Assembly (NCBI GenBank): GCA_963805085.1
Contig: CAWDTA010000002.1
Span: forward strand, 1,591,478-1,655,477
DNA: 64,000 nt
Direction of reading: 5' to 3'
DNA from: an uncultured Veillonellaceae bacterium
GTDB taxonomy: Bacteria; Bacillota; Negativicutes; JARBTT01
Position numbers and translations under genes: made by a program. Below the pieces are notes generated by a model. The model was not told the origin of the DNA. It did no database searches and worked only from the letters and a program-made list of their open reading frames with translations. The first letter of the stretch is position 1; every line of letters starts with the position of its first letter. This document shows positions 27,423 through 38,984 of this stretch, piece by piece.

Positions 27423-28445
<1,023 letters not shown>

Positions 28446-28854
28446 TCACGCTCCTCATTAGTTTTTGAAGCATGTCGTTGCCTATAAATAATTTTTGGTC
28501 AATAACATGTTACATAGCATTATATGTAGCAACGCTTTGAAACGCGCTATGCAGACATTGTACAATAAACTGATTTTAAGGAAAAAATAAGGGCATCTAA
28601 ATCTGCGCAGTGCCGAGAAATCTTAGCATTTAAGAATAACTATTAAAAGAATGCCAGACAAGCTGGATTTCTATAAATCTAATAGATACATATTGCCAGT
28701 GTGAGCTAGTAAGTAAACAAAAGCTGTCTGGTTTGGTCATTCTAAAGTATTGTTGATAATCTAATTAATGTAATCAATAAATGATAGTAAACACATAAAA
28801 ATTTAGTTGAATTAAGATAGTGAATAGAGATATAGTAATACTGGAGGGATTATT

Positions 28855-29757
28855 ATGGATTCATATCGTAAGTATATCATTGGGTTTATAGTTCTGATTA
28901 TACTGATTTCTACAGCTTATATGTTTTGGCCTCGGGAAGATATTGTGGCACAGGGAGAATCGATCATTCGTAAAGATGCTGCGGATAAAGACGATTTGCC
29001 AAAGAGCTTTCGTAGGTTTGATGATCTAAAAGCTTCTGGTAGCGCGCAGTATTCAGCAAACAATCTGAACTATATGAAGAACACTTTACAGCAAAAAAAT
29101 GTTGTTTTAGTGGATCTTAGACAGGAAGCGCATGGATTTGTAAATGGTATTCCAGTAAGCTGGTATGGAGCTAATAATTGGGCAAATATTGGTAAAAATG
29201 CTGACGAAGTACTCGAAGTTGAAAATGAGGCGCTAATAGAAATAGCGGACAAACAAGAAGTTAGTATACATAAAGATTTTAAAAAAGATAAAGAAACAGG
29301 TGCTTTGCTATCAAACAAGTCAGAAATAGTAAAAATCAGTGAGGTTCGTTCAGAAGAGCAATTGGCACAAAGTCTAGGAATGGGATATTTCCGTTTAGTA
29401 GTTACAGATCATCGGCGACCTCTAGATAATGATGTTGATTTGTTTATTGGTTTCATTAAAGATCTTTCTCCCGACACTTGGCTGCATTTTCACTGTGAAG
29501 CAGGACATGGACGGACAACTACTTTTTTAGCCATGTATGATATGATGTCAAATGCTAAAAATGATACGCTTGCGCAAATTGTTGACCGTCAATATAAAGC
29601 TGGCGGAATTAATTTGTTTGAGCAGCATAAGCAGGATTGGAGAACCCCATATGATGAAGAACGTACAGCTTTTATCAAAGAATTTTATGAGTATTGTCGG
29701 CAAAATAACGATAACTATGCTACATCATGGTCTAGTTGGTTAGCTAAAAAGAAGTAG
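28855..29757 (+). CDS. PTP-like phytase / inositol polyphosphate phosphatase, membrane-anchored or secreted
   Basis: N-terminal TM/signal anchor. P-loop HCEAGHGRTT (CX5R[S/T]), as in Selenomonas-type PTP-like phytases. GGAGGG RBS. Confidence 0.7.
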   Translation: MDSYRKYIIGFIVLIILISTAYMFWPREDIVAQGESIIRKDAADKDDLPKSFRRFDDLKASGSAQYSANNLNYMKNTLQQKNVVLVDLRQEAHGFVNGIPVSWYGANNWANIGKNADEVLEVENEALIEIADKQEVSIHKDFKKDKETGALLSNKSEIVKISEVRSEEQLAQSLGMGYFRLVVTDHRRPLDNDVDLFIGFIKDLSPDTWLHFHCEAGHGRTTTFLAMYDMMSNAKNDTLAQIVDRQYKAGGINLFEQHKQDWRTPYDEERTAFIKEFYEYCRQNNDNYATSWSSWLAKKK

Positions 29758-29791
29758 AAAAAGTATTTAATGCTGTTAAATATTGAAAAAA

Positions 29792-29845
29792 AATAAGGGG
29801 TAAAAATAGTACTTTGAAGTACCATTTTTGTCCCTTATTTTAATA
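29792..29845 (+). terminator. terminator after the phytase-like gene
   Basis: Long imperfect stem AATAAGGGGTAAAAATAGTAC / GTACCATTTTTGTCCCTTATT followed by TTAAT. Confidence 0.65.
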
Positions 29846-29891
29846 TGTAGTTATAACTTATAAACAGAATAAGACTGACTCATATTCAAAA

Positions 29892-29945
29892 ATAGCTTCT
29901 GCTGAATTTTTGTGTGATTTTGGCAGAAGCTATATCTTTTTTTAT
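29892..29945 (+). terminator. second, orphan terminator-like hairpin
   Basis: ATAGCTTCTGC / GCAGAAGCTAT stem followed by ATCTTTTTTTA. There is no ORF between it and the previous terminator. Confidence 0.55.
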
Positions 29946-30347
29946 GGAGTGAAGATAATGGGTGATATTACATACTGGGTTTTTAAGGAGGCAGAGGGAA
30001 TTGAAACACTGCTTCTTTGCGTTCTTTGTGCGTAACAAAACAATCGTCTTTTCTCCTGGTTTTCGTTCTCAGTAACAGTAATTTCATTCTTTATAAAAAC
30101 ATTTGTACTTTTTTAAATTCAATAGAGCGTTAACAATTTACTAATCAAAAAAATTGTCGTAAAATAAAAGGCATGTTGCGATAAAGGATGTATGCTTCTC
30201 CTGAAAGTACAAATGCGATTACAAGCTCTTCGGCTGATCATAAACTTGTTAGCATGTTTATCTCCGCATTTTTTTTCAATCGTCCCGCATAACCTCTTTA
30301 TCGCAAGGTCGTTTATTGAGAAGAATTTAGGAAAAAGAGGTTATTTC

Positions 30348-31769
30348 ATGAAAGAACAGCAAGATTCTGATATTCTGCATGAGGGACTGCAGCGCGACTT
30401 AAAAGAGCGCCATGTCCAACTCATCGGAATCGGCGGCGCTATTGGCGTCGGACTTTTTCTCGGCTCAGCTTCAGCCATAAAGGCAGCTGGACCATCAATC
30501 GTTTTAGCCTACGGGCTTGGCGGAATATTCATCTATTTCATTCTCCGCGCTCTCGGTGAGCTTACAGTAGAACAGCCGATTGCTGGCTCCTTTACTGCGT
30601 ATGCTTATCAATTCATTGGCCCTTTGGCTGGTTACCTTACTGGCTGGTCATATTGGCTCTTTTGGGCCTTGGTTTGTATGCTGGAGACAACCGCTACTGG
30701 TATTTATGTGCAGTTCTGGTGGCCGGATATGCCTCAGTGGATCTCGGCGCTGGCCTGTACGGTATTCTTGACTTTGGCAAATCTCGCTTCTGTAAAGGTG
30801 TTCGGCGAATTTGAATTTTGGTTTGCTTTGATCAAGGTTATTGCCATCATTGCCATGATATTCTTCGGTTTCTCGATGATTTTGTTCGGCATCGGCAACG
30901 ACGGCATCGCGATAGGCTTTTCCAATCTTTGGAGTTATGGCGGGATTTTCCCCCACGGGCTGTCTGGTTTTATTACATCCTTAGTTATGGTGGCCTTTGC
31001 CTTTTTGGGGATGGAACTGATCGGCGTCACAGCTGGGGAAGCCGAAAATCCTGAAAAAACAATTCCATCAGCAATCGACAAGGTATTTTACCGCGTCTTG
31101 ATTTTTTATGTTGGTTCACTGCTCGTCATCCTTTCCGTCTATCCTTGGGAACAGATCGGCACGATGGGCAGTCCGTTTGTTCTGATTTTTGACCGCTTGG
31201 GAATTCCGGCAGCAGCTGGCATCATCAACTTTGTTGTTATTACGGCGTCTCTATCGACAGGTAACAGTGGGATTTATGTGACAGGTCGTACGCTGCACAG
31301 TCTGGCTTTGCAAGGGAAAGCTCCGAAATACTTTGTTAAACTCAGTAAATCCGCTGTACCACACCGTGGCATTTTGGCTTCTGTAGCCATGATGGTGCTC
31401 AGTGTAATCCTCAACTATTTCATTCCAGAAGCAATATTCAATTACCTTATGAGCGTCATTACCTTTATCGGTCTTTATGTATGGTTTATTATCCTTTGGT
31501 CGCAGCACAGCCGCCGTAAAAAGCTCAGTGCGGAGGAAGTTTCTAAACTCAAATTTCCTATGCCAGGCTATCCATACACCAATTGGATGACGATTCTCTT
31601 CTTAGGTTTTGTTATCTTTGCGATGGCTATAGATGATGCTCACCGCGTATCTCTGGTTGTCGGACCTTTATGGCTGTTGATCCTGACAGGAATTTATTAC
31701 AAGGCAGGATTCCATAAAAAGAATGAGAACGAAGTAGATTCCTTAAGCCCACAAGCTGACAATGATTAA
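30348..31769 (+). CDS. APC-family amino acid permease (AroP/ProY/LysP-like)
   Basis: N-terminal LKERHVQLIGIGGAIGVGLFLGSA signature and about 12 TM segments. AAAGAGG RBS at ATG 30348; the upstream extension in the ORF track is not supported. GC content is visibly higher than in the neighbours. Confidence 0.85.
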   Translation: MKEQQDSDILHEGLQRDLKERHVQLIGIGGAIGVGLFLGSASAIKAAGPSIVLAYGLGGIFIYFILRALGELTVEQPIAGSFTAYAYQFIGPLAGYLTGWSYWLFWALVCMLETTATGIYVQFWWPDMPQWISALACTVFLTLANLASVKVFGEFEFWFALIKVIAIIAMIFFGFSMILFGIGNDGIAIGFSNLWSYGGIFPHGLSGFITSLVMVAFAFLGMELIGVTAGEAENPEKTIPSAIDKVFYRVLIFYVGSLLVILSVYPWEQIGTMGSPFVLIFDRLGIPAAAGIINFVVITASLSTGNSGIYVTGRTLHSLALQGKAPKYFVKLSKSAVPHRGILASVAMMVLSVILNYFIPEAIFNYLMSVITFIGLYVWFIILWSQHSRRKKLSAEEVSKLKFPMPGYPYTNWMTILFLGFVIFAMAIDDAHRVSLVVGPLWLLILTGIYYKAGFHKKNENEVDSLSPQADND

Positions 31770-31771
31770 AA

Positions 31772-32058
31772 GACTCAGCCTTCGGGCTGAGCCAGGTTGT
31801 AGACAAACTATGGACAGATAGGGCGCGGGGGGCGGCGATAAGCACTCATCTGCAGCGTTGCAGTAAGGTGCTGTTCGTCGACGTACACAAGTACGACTCC
31901 TTCACAGCCCCTTACTGCGCCTTGCATTGAAGCACTTCTCACTAACCGGCAACCTATCTTCGTACTAGTTTACAAGTGGAACGGATTTTTTTATTTTCTG
32001 TTCATCGACATAAATATTTTTATTTTGTCTACAGTCTGACTCAGCCTTCGGGCTGAGC
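31772..32058 (+). repeat. duplicated 21-nt terminator hairpin flanking a 236-bp MITE-like, highly structured insert
   Basis: GACTCAGCCTTCGGGCTGAGC occurs at 31772-31792 (no T-tract) and 32038-32058 (followed by T7). The insert has perfect 10-bp terminal inverted repeats: TGTAGACAAA (31798-31807) and TTTGTCTACA (32024-32033). Confidence 0.6.
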
Positions 32059-32088
32059 TTTTTTTATTTATGATAATTAAAGATTGAT

Positions 32089-32134
32089 TGACAAGGACTT
32101 TACGATAAGTTAAAATCAATTTGATACTTATCGA
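32089..32134 (+). promoter_or_regulatory. sigma-A-type promoter with a flanking inverted repeat (candidate ArsR autoregulatory operator)
   Basis: TTGACA (32089-32094), 17-nt spacer, TAAAAT (32112-32117). CGATAAGT (32104-32111) and ACTTATCG (32127-32134) bracket the -10 element. Confidence 0.6.
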
Positions 32135-32165
32135 ATTGTAATAAAACTAGCTAGGGGTTGAAAAA

Positions 32166-32453
32166 ATGGATACAAAAAAAATGGCGAAAATATTTAAGGC
32201 ACTTTCAAATGAAAATCGTTTGGAGTTATATTTAAAAATTGCTGAGGCTCATGAAGCTAGTTTTAAAACTGGTGGAGAGTGCTGTGTTGCAGATATCATT
32301 GCCTGTTTAAATATTGGTGCACCAACAATTTCACATCATATCAAGGAATTGGTGAACGCAGATCTTATTACCACTGAAAAAAAAGGAAAATTCTTAGTCT
32401 GCAGGGTAAATGAAGAACTGGTTAGTGAAGTAAGCAAGATGCTAGCTCTATAG
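32166..32453 (+). CDS. ArsR/SmtB family transcriptional regulator
   Basis: 95 aa. KIFKALSNENRLELYLKI plus ..GAPTISHHIKELVNADLI.. (winged HTH). A CC pair lies in ..GGECCVADI... Confidence 0.85.
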   Translation: MDTKKMAKIFKALSNENRLELYLKIAEAHEASFKTGGECCVADIIACLNIGAPTISHHIKELVNADLITTEKKGKFLVCRVNEELVSEVSKMLAL

Positions 32454-32642
32454 CAGTCCATCCCCTTGAATAATTTATTTCTAATCTCTATTGAATGTTG
32501 GGTTAGGAAGGCTTAAGTTGATAAAAATTTTTACTCTAAAATTCGACAGTTATAAAACTATAAAGCTATAAAACTAGAGCGCGTTCACAGTTTTACTTGG
32601 AATGAAAGTATATTAAGTAAACTATGAAGAGTTAGAGGAGCG

Positions 32643-33431
32643 ATGAAAATGAAAGTCTTTTATTTTACAGCTACGGGAAACAGTTTATACGTTGCAAAAA
32701 AAATTGGTGGCGAGCTATACTCAATTCCTAAGATGTTAAAAGAAGGAAAAAGTGAATTTGAAGACGAAGAAATTGGTATCGTATTTCCTTGTTATGGGTT
32801 GGGAGTTCCGAGGATTGTAATAGATTTTATACAAAAATCAAAATTTAAGAACAAATACTTCTTTGCGATTATGACTTATGGCAATATGTCCGCGGCTGGA
32901 CTACATTATATGGAGCAAATCGGGAGTGAAGCAGGAATTCAGTTTAACTATACCAATGAAATATTAATGATTGATAATTATTTGCCTATATTTAAGATAG
33001 AAGATCAGATAAAAAAAGAGAGTTCAAAAAAAATTGAAGAAAAATTAGATCAAATAGTAAGTGATATTAAAAGTAGACGAGAAAAGGTTATAAGAAAAGG
33101 AATTTTCACCGATGTAGTGTCTAAAACTACTCACAAGCTCATCGCTAAATTTCATTATGATAACGGAGATAAGTGGTTTTGTGTTCAGGACAAATGTAAC
33201 AGTTGCAAAGTATGTGAGAAGGTTTGTCCCGCCAATAATATTAAAGCTGAAAGCAAGCCTGAGTTCTTGCATAAATGTGAAGGATGCTATGCATGTATAC
33301 ATCATTGTCCGCAAAATGCAATACATTTAAAATTTGAGAGAAGTAACGCTAGATTCGTGAATCGAAATGTAAAACTAAAGGAAATAATCGATGCAAATAA
33401 TCAGGAAAATTCCTATATTGCAATGTCATGA
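32643..33431 (+). CDS. EFR1-family flavodoxin-like protein with 2x[4Fe-4S] ferredoxin domain
   Basis: MKVFYFTATGNSLYVAKK N-terminus. CNSCKVCEKVCP and CEGCYACIHHCP cluster motifs. Confidence 0.75.
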   Translation: MKMKVFYFTATGNSLYVAKKIGGELYSIPKMLKEGKSEFEDEEIGIVFPCYGLGVPRIVIDFIQKSKFKNKYFFAIMTYGNMSAAGLHYMEQIGSEAGIQFNYTNEILMIDNYLPIFKIEDQIKKESSKKIEEKLDQIVSDIKSRREKVIRKGIFTDVVSKTTHKLIAKFHYDNGDKWFCVQDKCNSCKVCEKVCPANNIKAESKPEFLHKCEGCYACIHHCPQNAIHLKFERSNARFVNRNVKLKEIIDANNQENSYIAMS

Positions 33432-33626
33432 AAGAAAAATAGACGAAATTTGTAATGCACCTTTGTGTGTTCATGGACCACATTTTAAAGGAATTGGCGA
33501 AAAGTACGGCCCTTTTGATTTGACATTAATGGGATATGTTATAGAAAAAAATTCACAAATGGAGTGAGTAAGTTTATACTAAATTATATATAGTTTTTAT
33601 TTTAAAAATAAAAATGAGGTGTAAGA

Positions 33627-34250
33627 ATGAAAGTATTACTTATTAATGGGAGTCCAAGAGAACAAGGTTGTACTTATACGGCTTTATGCGAAGTAGCCAA
33701 AGAATTAGAAAATGCAAATGTTAAAACTGAAATTTTCCATGTTGGTAAACAACCGATTCGTGGTTGTATGGCTTGTGGTGTTTGTTCGAAGACTAATTCT
33801 GGCAAGTGCGTTTTTAATGATACTGTAAATATTGCTTTAGAAAGAGCAAAAGAAGTGGATGGTTTTGTCTTTGGTTCTCCCGTCCATTATGCAGCTGCAT
33901 CTGGGCAAATCACATCATTTTTAGATAGATTTTTCTATGCGGGAACTGGCTTTCAATATAAGCCAGGTGCTGCCATTGTGAGCTGTCGTCGTGGCGGATC
34001 AACAGCGGCGTTTGAGCAACTCAATAAATATTTTACGATTGCCAATATGCCGATTGTATCTTCGCAATATTGGAATATGGTGCATGGCAATACGCCCGAA
34101 GAAGTAAAGCAAGATTTAGAAGGTATGCAAACCATGCGGGTATTAGGGAAAAACATGGCTTGGCTTTTGAAATCCATTCAAGCAGGCAAAGAAGCAGGCA
34201 TTGAATTACCAAAAAAAGAACCAAGAGAGATTACAAATTTTATACGTTAA
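33627..34250 (+). CDS. NADPH-dependent FMN reductase / iron-sulfur flavoprotein family protein
   Basis: MKVLLINGSPREQGCTYTAL N-terminus. Cys cluster CMACGVC..C. Flavodoxin-like fold motifs. Confidence 0.75.
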   Translation: MKVLLINGSPREQGCTYTALCEVAKELENANVKTEIFHVGKQPIRGCMACGVCSKTNSGKCVFNDTVNIALERAKEVDGFVFGSPVHYAAASGQITSFLDRFFYAGTGFQYKPGAAIVSCRRGGSTAAFEQLNKYFTIANMPIVSSQYWNMVHGNTPEEVKQDLEGMQTMRVLGKNMAWLLKSIQAGKEAGIELPKKEPREITNFIR

Positions 34251-34295
34251 GAGTTTTGTAAGCAATGGTGAAGAATTAAAATAAAGTGATGATAA

Positions 34296-34340
34296 AAGAG
34301 GCTGAGATGATGTGGATTTTCTCAGCTTCTTTTACTAGAT
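34296..34340 (+). terminator. rho-independent terminator
   Basis: AGAGGCTGAG / CTCAGCTTCT stem followed by TTT. Confidence 0.6.
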
Positions 34341-34422
34341 AAATAAAAAAATCCAGGTAAATATTAATTGACTGAATATATAGAATTATGCTATGATAAA
34401 CGCAATCAATGAGAGCGGAACG

Positions 34423-34457
34423 TTGGATGGTGACATTAAGTTGGCCAAACCTTCAAA
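34423..34457 (+). promoter_or_regulatory. RAT (ribonucleic antiterminator) element, copy 1, upstream of licT
   Basis: GGATGGTGACATTAAGTTGGCCAAACC resembles the Bacillus RAT consensus GGATTGTTACTG....GCAGGCAAAACC. The 35-nt block is identical to 35515-35549. Confidence 0.7.
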
Positions 34458-34516
34458 TTTATTGAATAAATTTTGGAGGGGATTAAGATGTATAAAATAA
34501 TAGCAAGGATAGATAG

Positions 34517-34562
34517 CCGAAAAATGACAAGGATGAGTTAGTTGTCTGTTTTTCGGTATTTT
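34517..34562 (+). terminator. leader terminator upstream of licT
   Basis: CCGAAAAATGACAA...TTGTCTGTTTTTCGG stem followed by TATTTTT. Confidence 0.6.
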
Positions 34563-34605
34563 TGTGTCTGAAATGAAAGTGTGCGTGCAAGAGGGGGCGG
34601 CAGTC

Positions 34606-35442
34606 ATGATAATAAAAAAGATACTCAACAATAATGTCATTATTACTGAGAATGAAAAGACGCAGGAAATTGTTGCGATGGGGCGAGGTATTGCGTTTAA
34701 AAAGCGTTGTGGCGACGATGTGCCAAGAACAGAAATCGACAAAGTATATACGCTTTCTAATCAAGAAGTTTTTCATCGGTTTGAACAACTTGTGCAGAAT
34801 CTTTCGATGGAATACATGGAGATATCTAGCGAAATTATTGAGATGGCAGAGCAAAAATTACAAAAAAAACTCAACGATTGTGTTTATATATCACTTACCG
34901 ACCATTTGCATATGGCAATTACACGGTTCAGAGAAGGCGCTGTCGTCAAAAATATGATGGATTGGGAAATCAAACGGTATTATCGTGATGAATATGCGAT
35001 CGGTGAAATGGCATTGGGGATGCTGAATCAGAAATTTGGTTTAGAATTACCAGTTGATGAGGTTGGATTTATAGCACTGCATATCGTTGATGCACAGATT
35101 GATGGAGACAAGCCAATTGCAGATCACATCGCGAAGCTAATACAAGAGATTACGAATATTGTTCGTCATACCTACGCAATGGAGTTTGATATAGAATCTT
35201 TACAATATTATCGTTTTATTACGCATTTGAAATTCTTTGCGAAACGTATGTTTACAGAACGAGAAGCAATTGCTGAAATCGATGAAGAAATGGAAAAGCT
35301 CATCCAGAAAAAATATGCAGCAGCGTATCGGTGTGTACAGAAAATTGATACGTTTATTCAGATGAAGTACAAATATCAGGTTAGTGCAGATGAAAAATTT
35401 TATCTGATGATTCATATCGCTAAGGTAACAAGAAGAAAATAA
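34606..35442 (+). CDS. licT: BglG/LicT-family PRD-containing transcriptional antiterminator
   Basis: N-terminal CAT domain MIIKKILNNNVIITENEKTQEIVAMGRGIAFKK, then two PRD-like regions. GAGGGGG RBS before ATG 34606. Confidence 0.9.
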   Translation: MIIKKILNNNVIITENEKTQEIVAMGRGIAFKKRCGDDVPRTEIDKVYTLSNQEVFHRFEQLVQNLSMEYMEISSEIIEMAEQKLQKKLNDCVYISLTDHLHMAITRFREGAVVKNMMDWEIKRYYRDEYAIGEMALGMLNQKFGLELPVDEVGFIALHIVDAQIDGDKPIADHIAKLIQEITNIVRHTYAMEFDIESLQYYRFITHLKFFAKRMFTEREAIAEIDEEMEKLIQKKYAAAYRCVQKIDTFIQMKYKYQVSADEKFYLMIHIAKVTRRK

Positions 35443-35514
35443 GTTCACTAAGTCCTAAATACATATTTAGTGCTATAGAATTCTAGGCGTAAAGGAGGAT
35501 AGAAAATCGTTTTT

Positions 35515-35549
35515 TTGGATGGTGACATTAAGTTGGCCAAACCTTCAAA
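35515..35549 (+). promoter_or_regulatory. RAT element, copy 2, upstream of the PTS gene
   Basis: Identical to the 35-nt block at 34423-34457. Its 3' end overlaps a hairpin that pairs with the GGAGG RBS of the PTS gene. Confidence 0.7.
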
Positions 35550-35576
35550 GTTATCTTTAAAATTTTGGAGGAATAA

Positions 35577-37490
<1,914 letters not shown>

Positions 37491-37572
37491 TAATGAATAT
37501 TTCACCTGTAAGACACTTTATGTTTTAGAAATATATTAAATAATTGAAGAATACAATGTTGGAGGAAAAACA

Positions 37573-38943
37573 ATGAAAAAAGCGTTAGCAGTATTAGGAC
37601 TTTCTACCGTAATTTTTTGTGGCGGCGTACAAGCTGAGGCAGCACCGGTATTTTTTCAAGATGTGCCACTGAGCGACTGGTCTTATGAAGCCGTCAATGG
37701 GCTAATTGCCACAGGACATGTGAATGACTACACCGAACCGATACCACAAGGCCGTATCATGAGCCGCATGGAAATGGCCTTGGTTGTCGATGATGCTATG
37801 CAAAACCTCAAAGCATTTACGCCTGCTGAGCAGGATACGATTCAGAAATTGAATAAAGAATATTACTATGACATCAAAAAGATACAGATACTGTCGAAGC
37901 TCGACAATGCGGATCTGGAAAAGGCTACGAATGAGATAAACGGCACGACCTTTACGGAAGAAGAAAAAGCTGGCCTGAAGAAAGCGGCAGCTTTTGCGGA
38001 TAAGTTTTCTATCAATGGCTATGCCCGCCTGCGCAATGATCACTATCTGAAGGATACGGGCAAGACAACTCGCGCAAATATGGTTCATGTGCAAGTCAAT
38101 ACGACGTACAAAGTAGATGATAATTGGCAGGTCCATACCGATCTTGGCTATCGTAATTCCTTTAGCGGCTTTGATGAACTGAAATCCCTTTCACCGGGTG
38201 AGAATGCGACGGGTACCACCATGGATACCTATGTGACTGGCCGCATGGCGGACAATGCCCTCGGTCTTAAAGTCGGCAAGTGGAATGAATGGAACATTTA
38301 CGGCTGGGGCATGGATATCGACTGTGATTTTGCTGGCGTGCAGCTCGATTATGGTAAAAAAGATTTCAAGACCTATTTCACCGCGGGAAAGATGGATCTT
38401 TGGGATAATGCCATGGGTGGCGACCGTGAGTATGAACAGGTTACCAGCCTGCGCTTCTTCTATCCATTTGACAAGAAAAATGACATTAATTTCGGTGTTT
38501 CCTGGAGTTCTGCTATGGCCAGCCGCTACCAAGATCCTGATCAAGGGCGCGTATTCTATTACTATACCCATGCGCATCATAACTTTGATAACAACTGGGA
38601 TCTTCGTGCGGGCCTTATCAACAGCGATGCAAAACGAGATGATACGGCAACTGCAAGCACAAAGACAAAGCAGCCGGGCCGCTGGCTGCAGCTCCGGTAC
38701 AAGGGGGCCGATCTTCAGGCTCCTGGCTCTTATGGCGTTACCGCTACTTACCGCTATGAACCGGCCCTCACCTGGCCAACGGTCACGGACTGGTGCGGGC
38801 GCAATGAACGTTTCGTCCGCCTTGGCGTAAGCTATGTACCGGAGAAGAACATCCTCTTGGATACCTTCTATACCTGGGCAAGAGAAATTGACACTGGTGA
38901 GAAGGATGACCTGTACCGTTTCCAAGCACAGTTCTTCTTCTGA
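37573..38943 (+). CDS. SLH-domain outer-membrane porin (OmpM-like)
   Basis: Signal peptide ending VQAEA. SLH motif FQDVPLSDWSYEAVNGLIATGHV. Coiled linker. Beta-strand-rich C-terminal part ending ..YRFQAQFFF (terminal Phe, typical of OMPs). Confidence 0.75.
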   Translation: MKKALAVLGLSTVIFCGGVQAEAAPVFFQDVPLSDWSYEAVNGLIATGHVNDYTEPIPQGRIMSRMEMALVVDDAMQNLKAFTPAEQDTIQKLNKEYYYDIKKIQILSKLDNADLEKATNEINGTTFTEEEKAGLKKAAAFADKFSINGYARLRNDHYLKDTGKTTRANMVHVQVNTTYKVDDNWQVHTDLGYRNSFSGFDELKSLSPGENATGTTMDTYVTGRMADNALGLKVGKWNEWNIYGWGMDIDCDFAGVQLDYGKKDFKTYFTAGKMDLWDNAMGGDREYEQVTSLRFFYPFDKKNDINFGVSWSSAMASRYQDPDQGRVFYYYTHAHHNFDNNWDLRAGLINSDAKRDDTATASTKTKQPGRWLQLRYKGADLQAPGSYGVTATYRYEPALTWPTVTDWCGRNERFVRLGVSYVPEKNILLDTFYTWAREIDTGEKDDLYRFQAQFFF

Positions 38944-38984
38944 TGAAGCAGTGAAATAAAAAATATAATAGGGAGATGCTTTGT

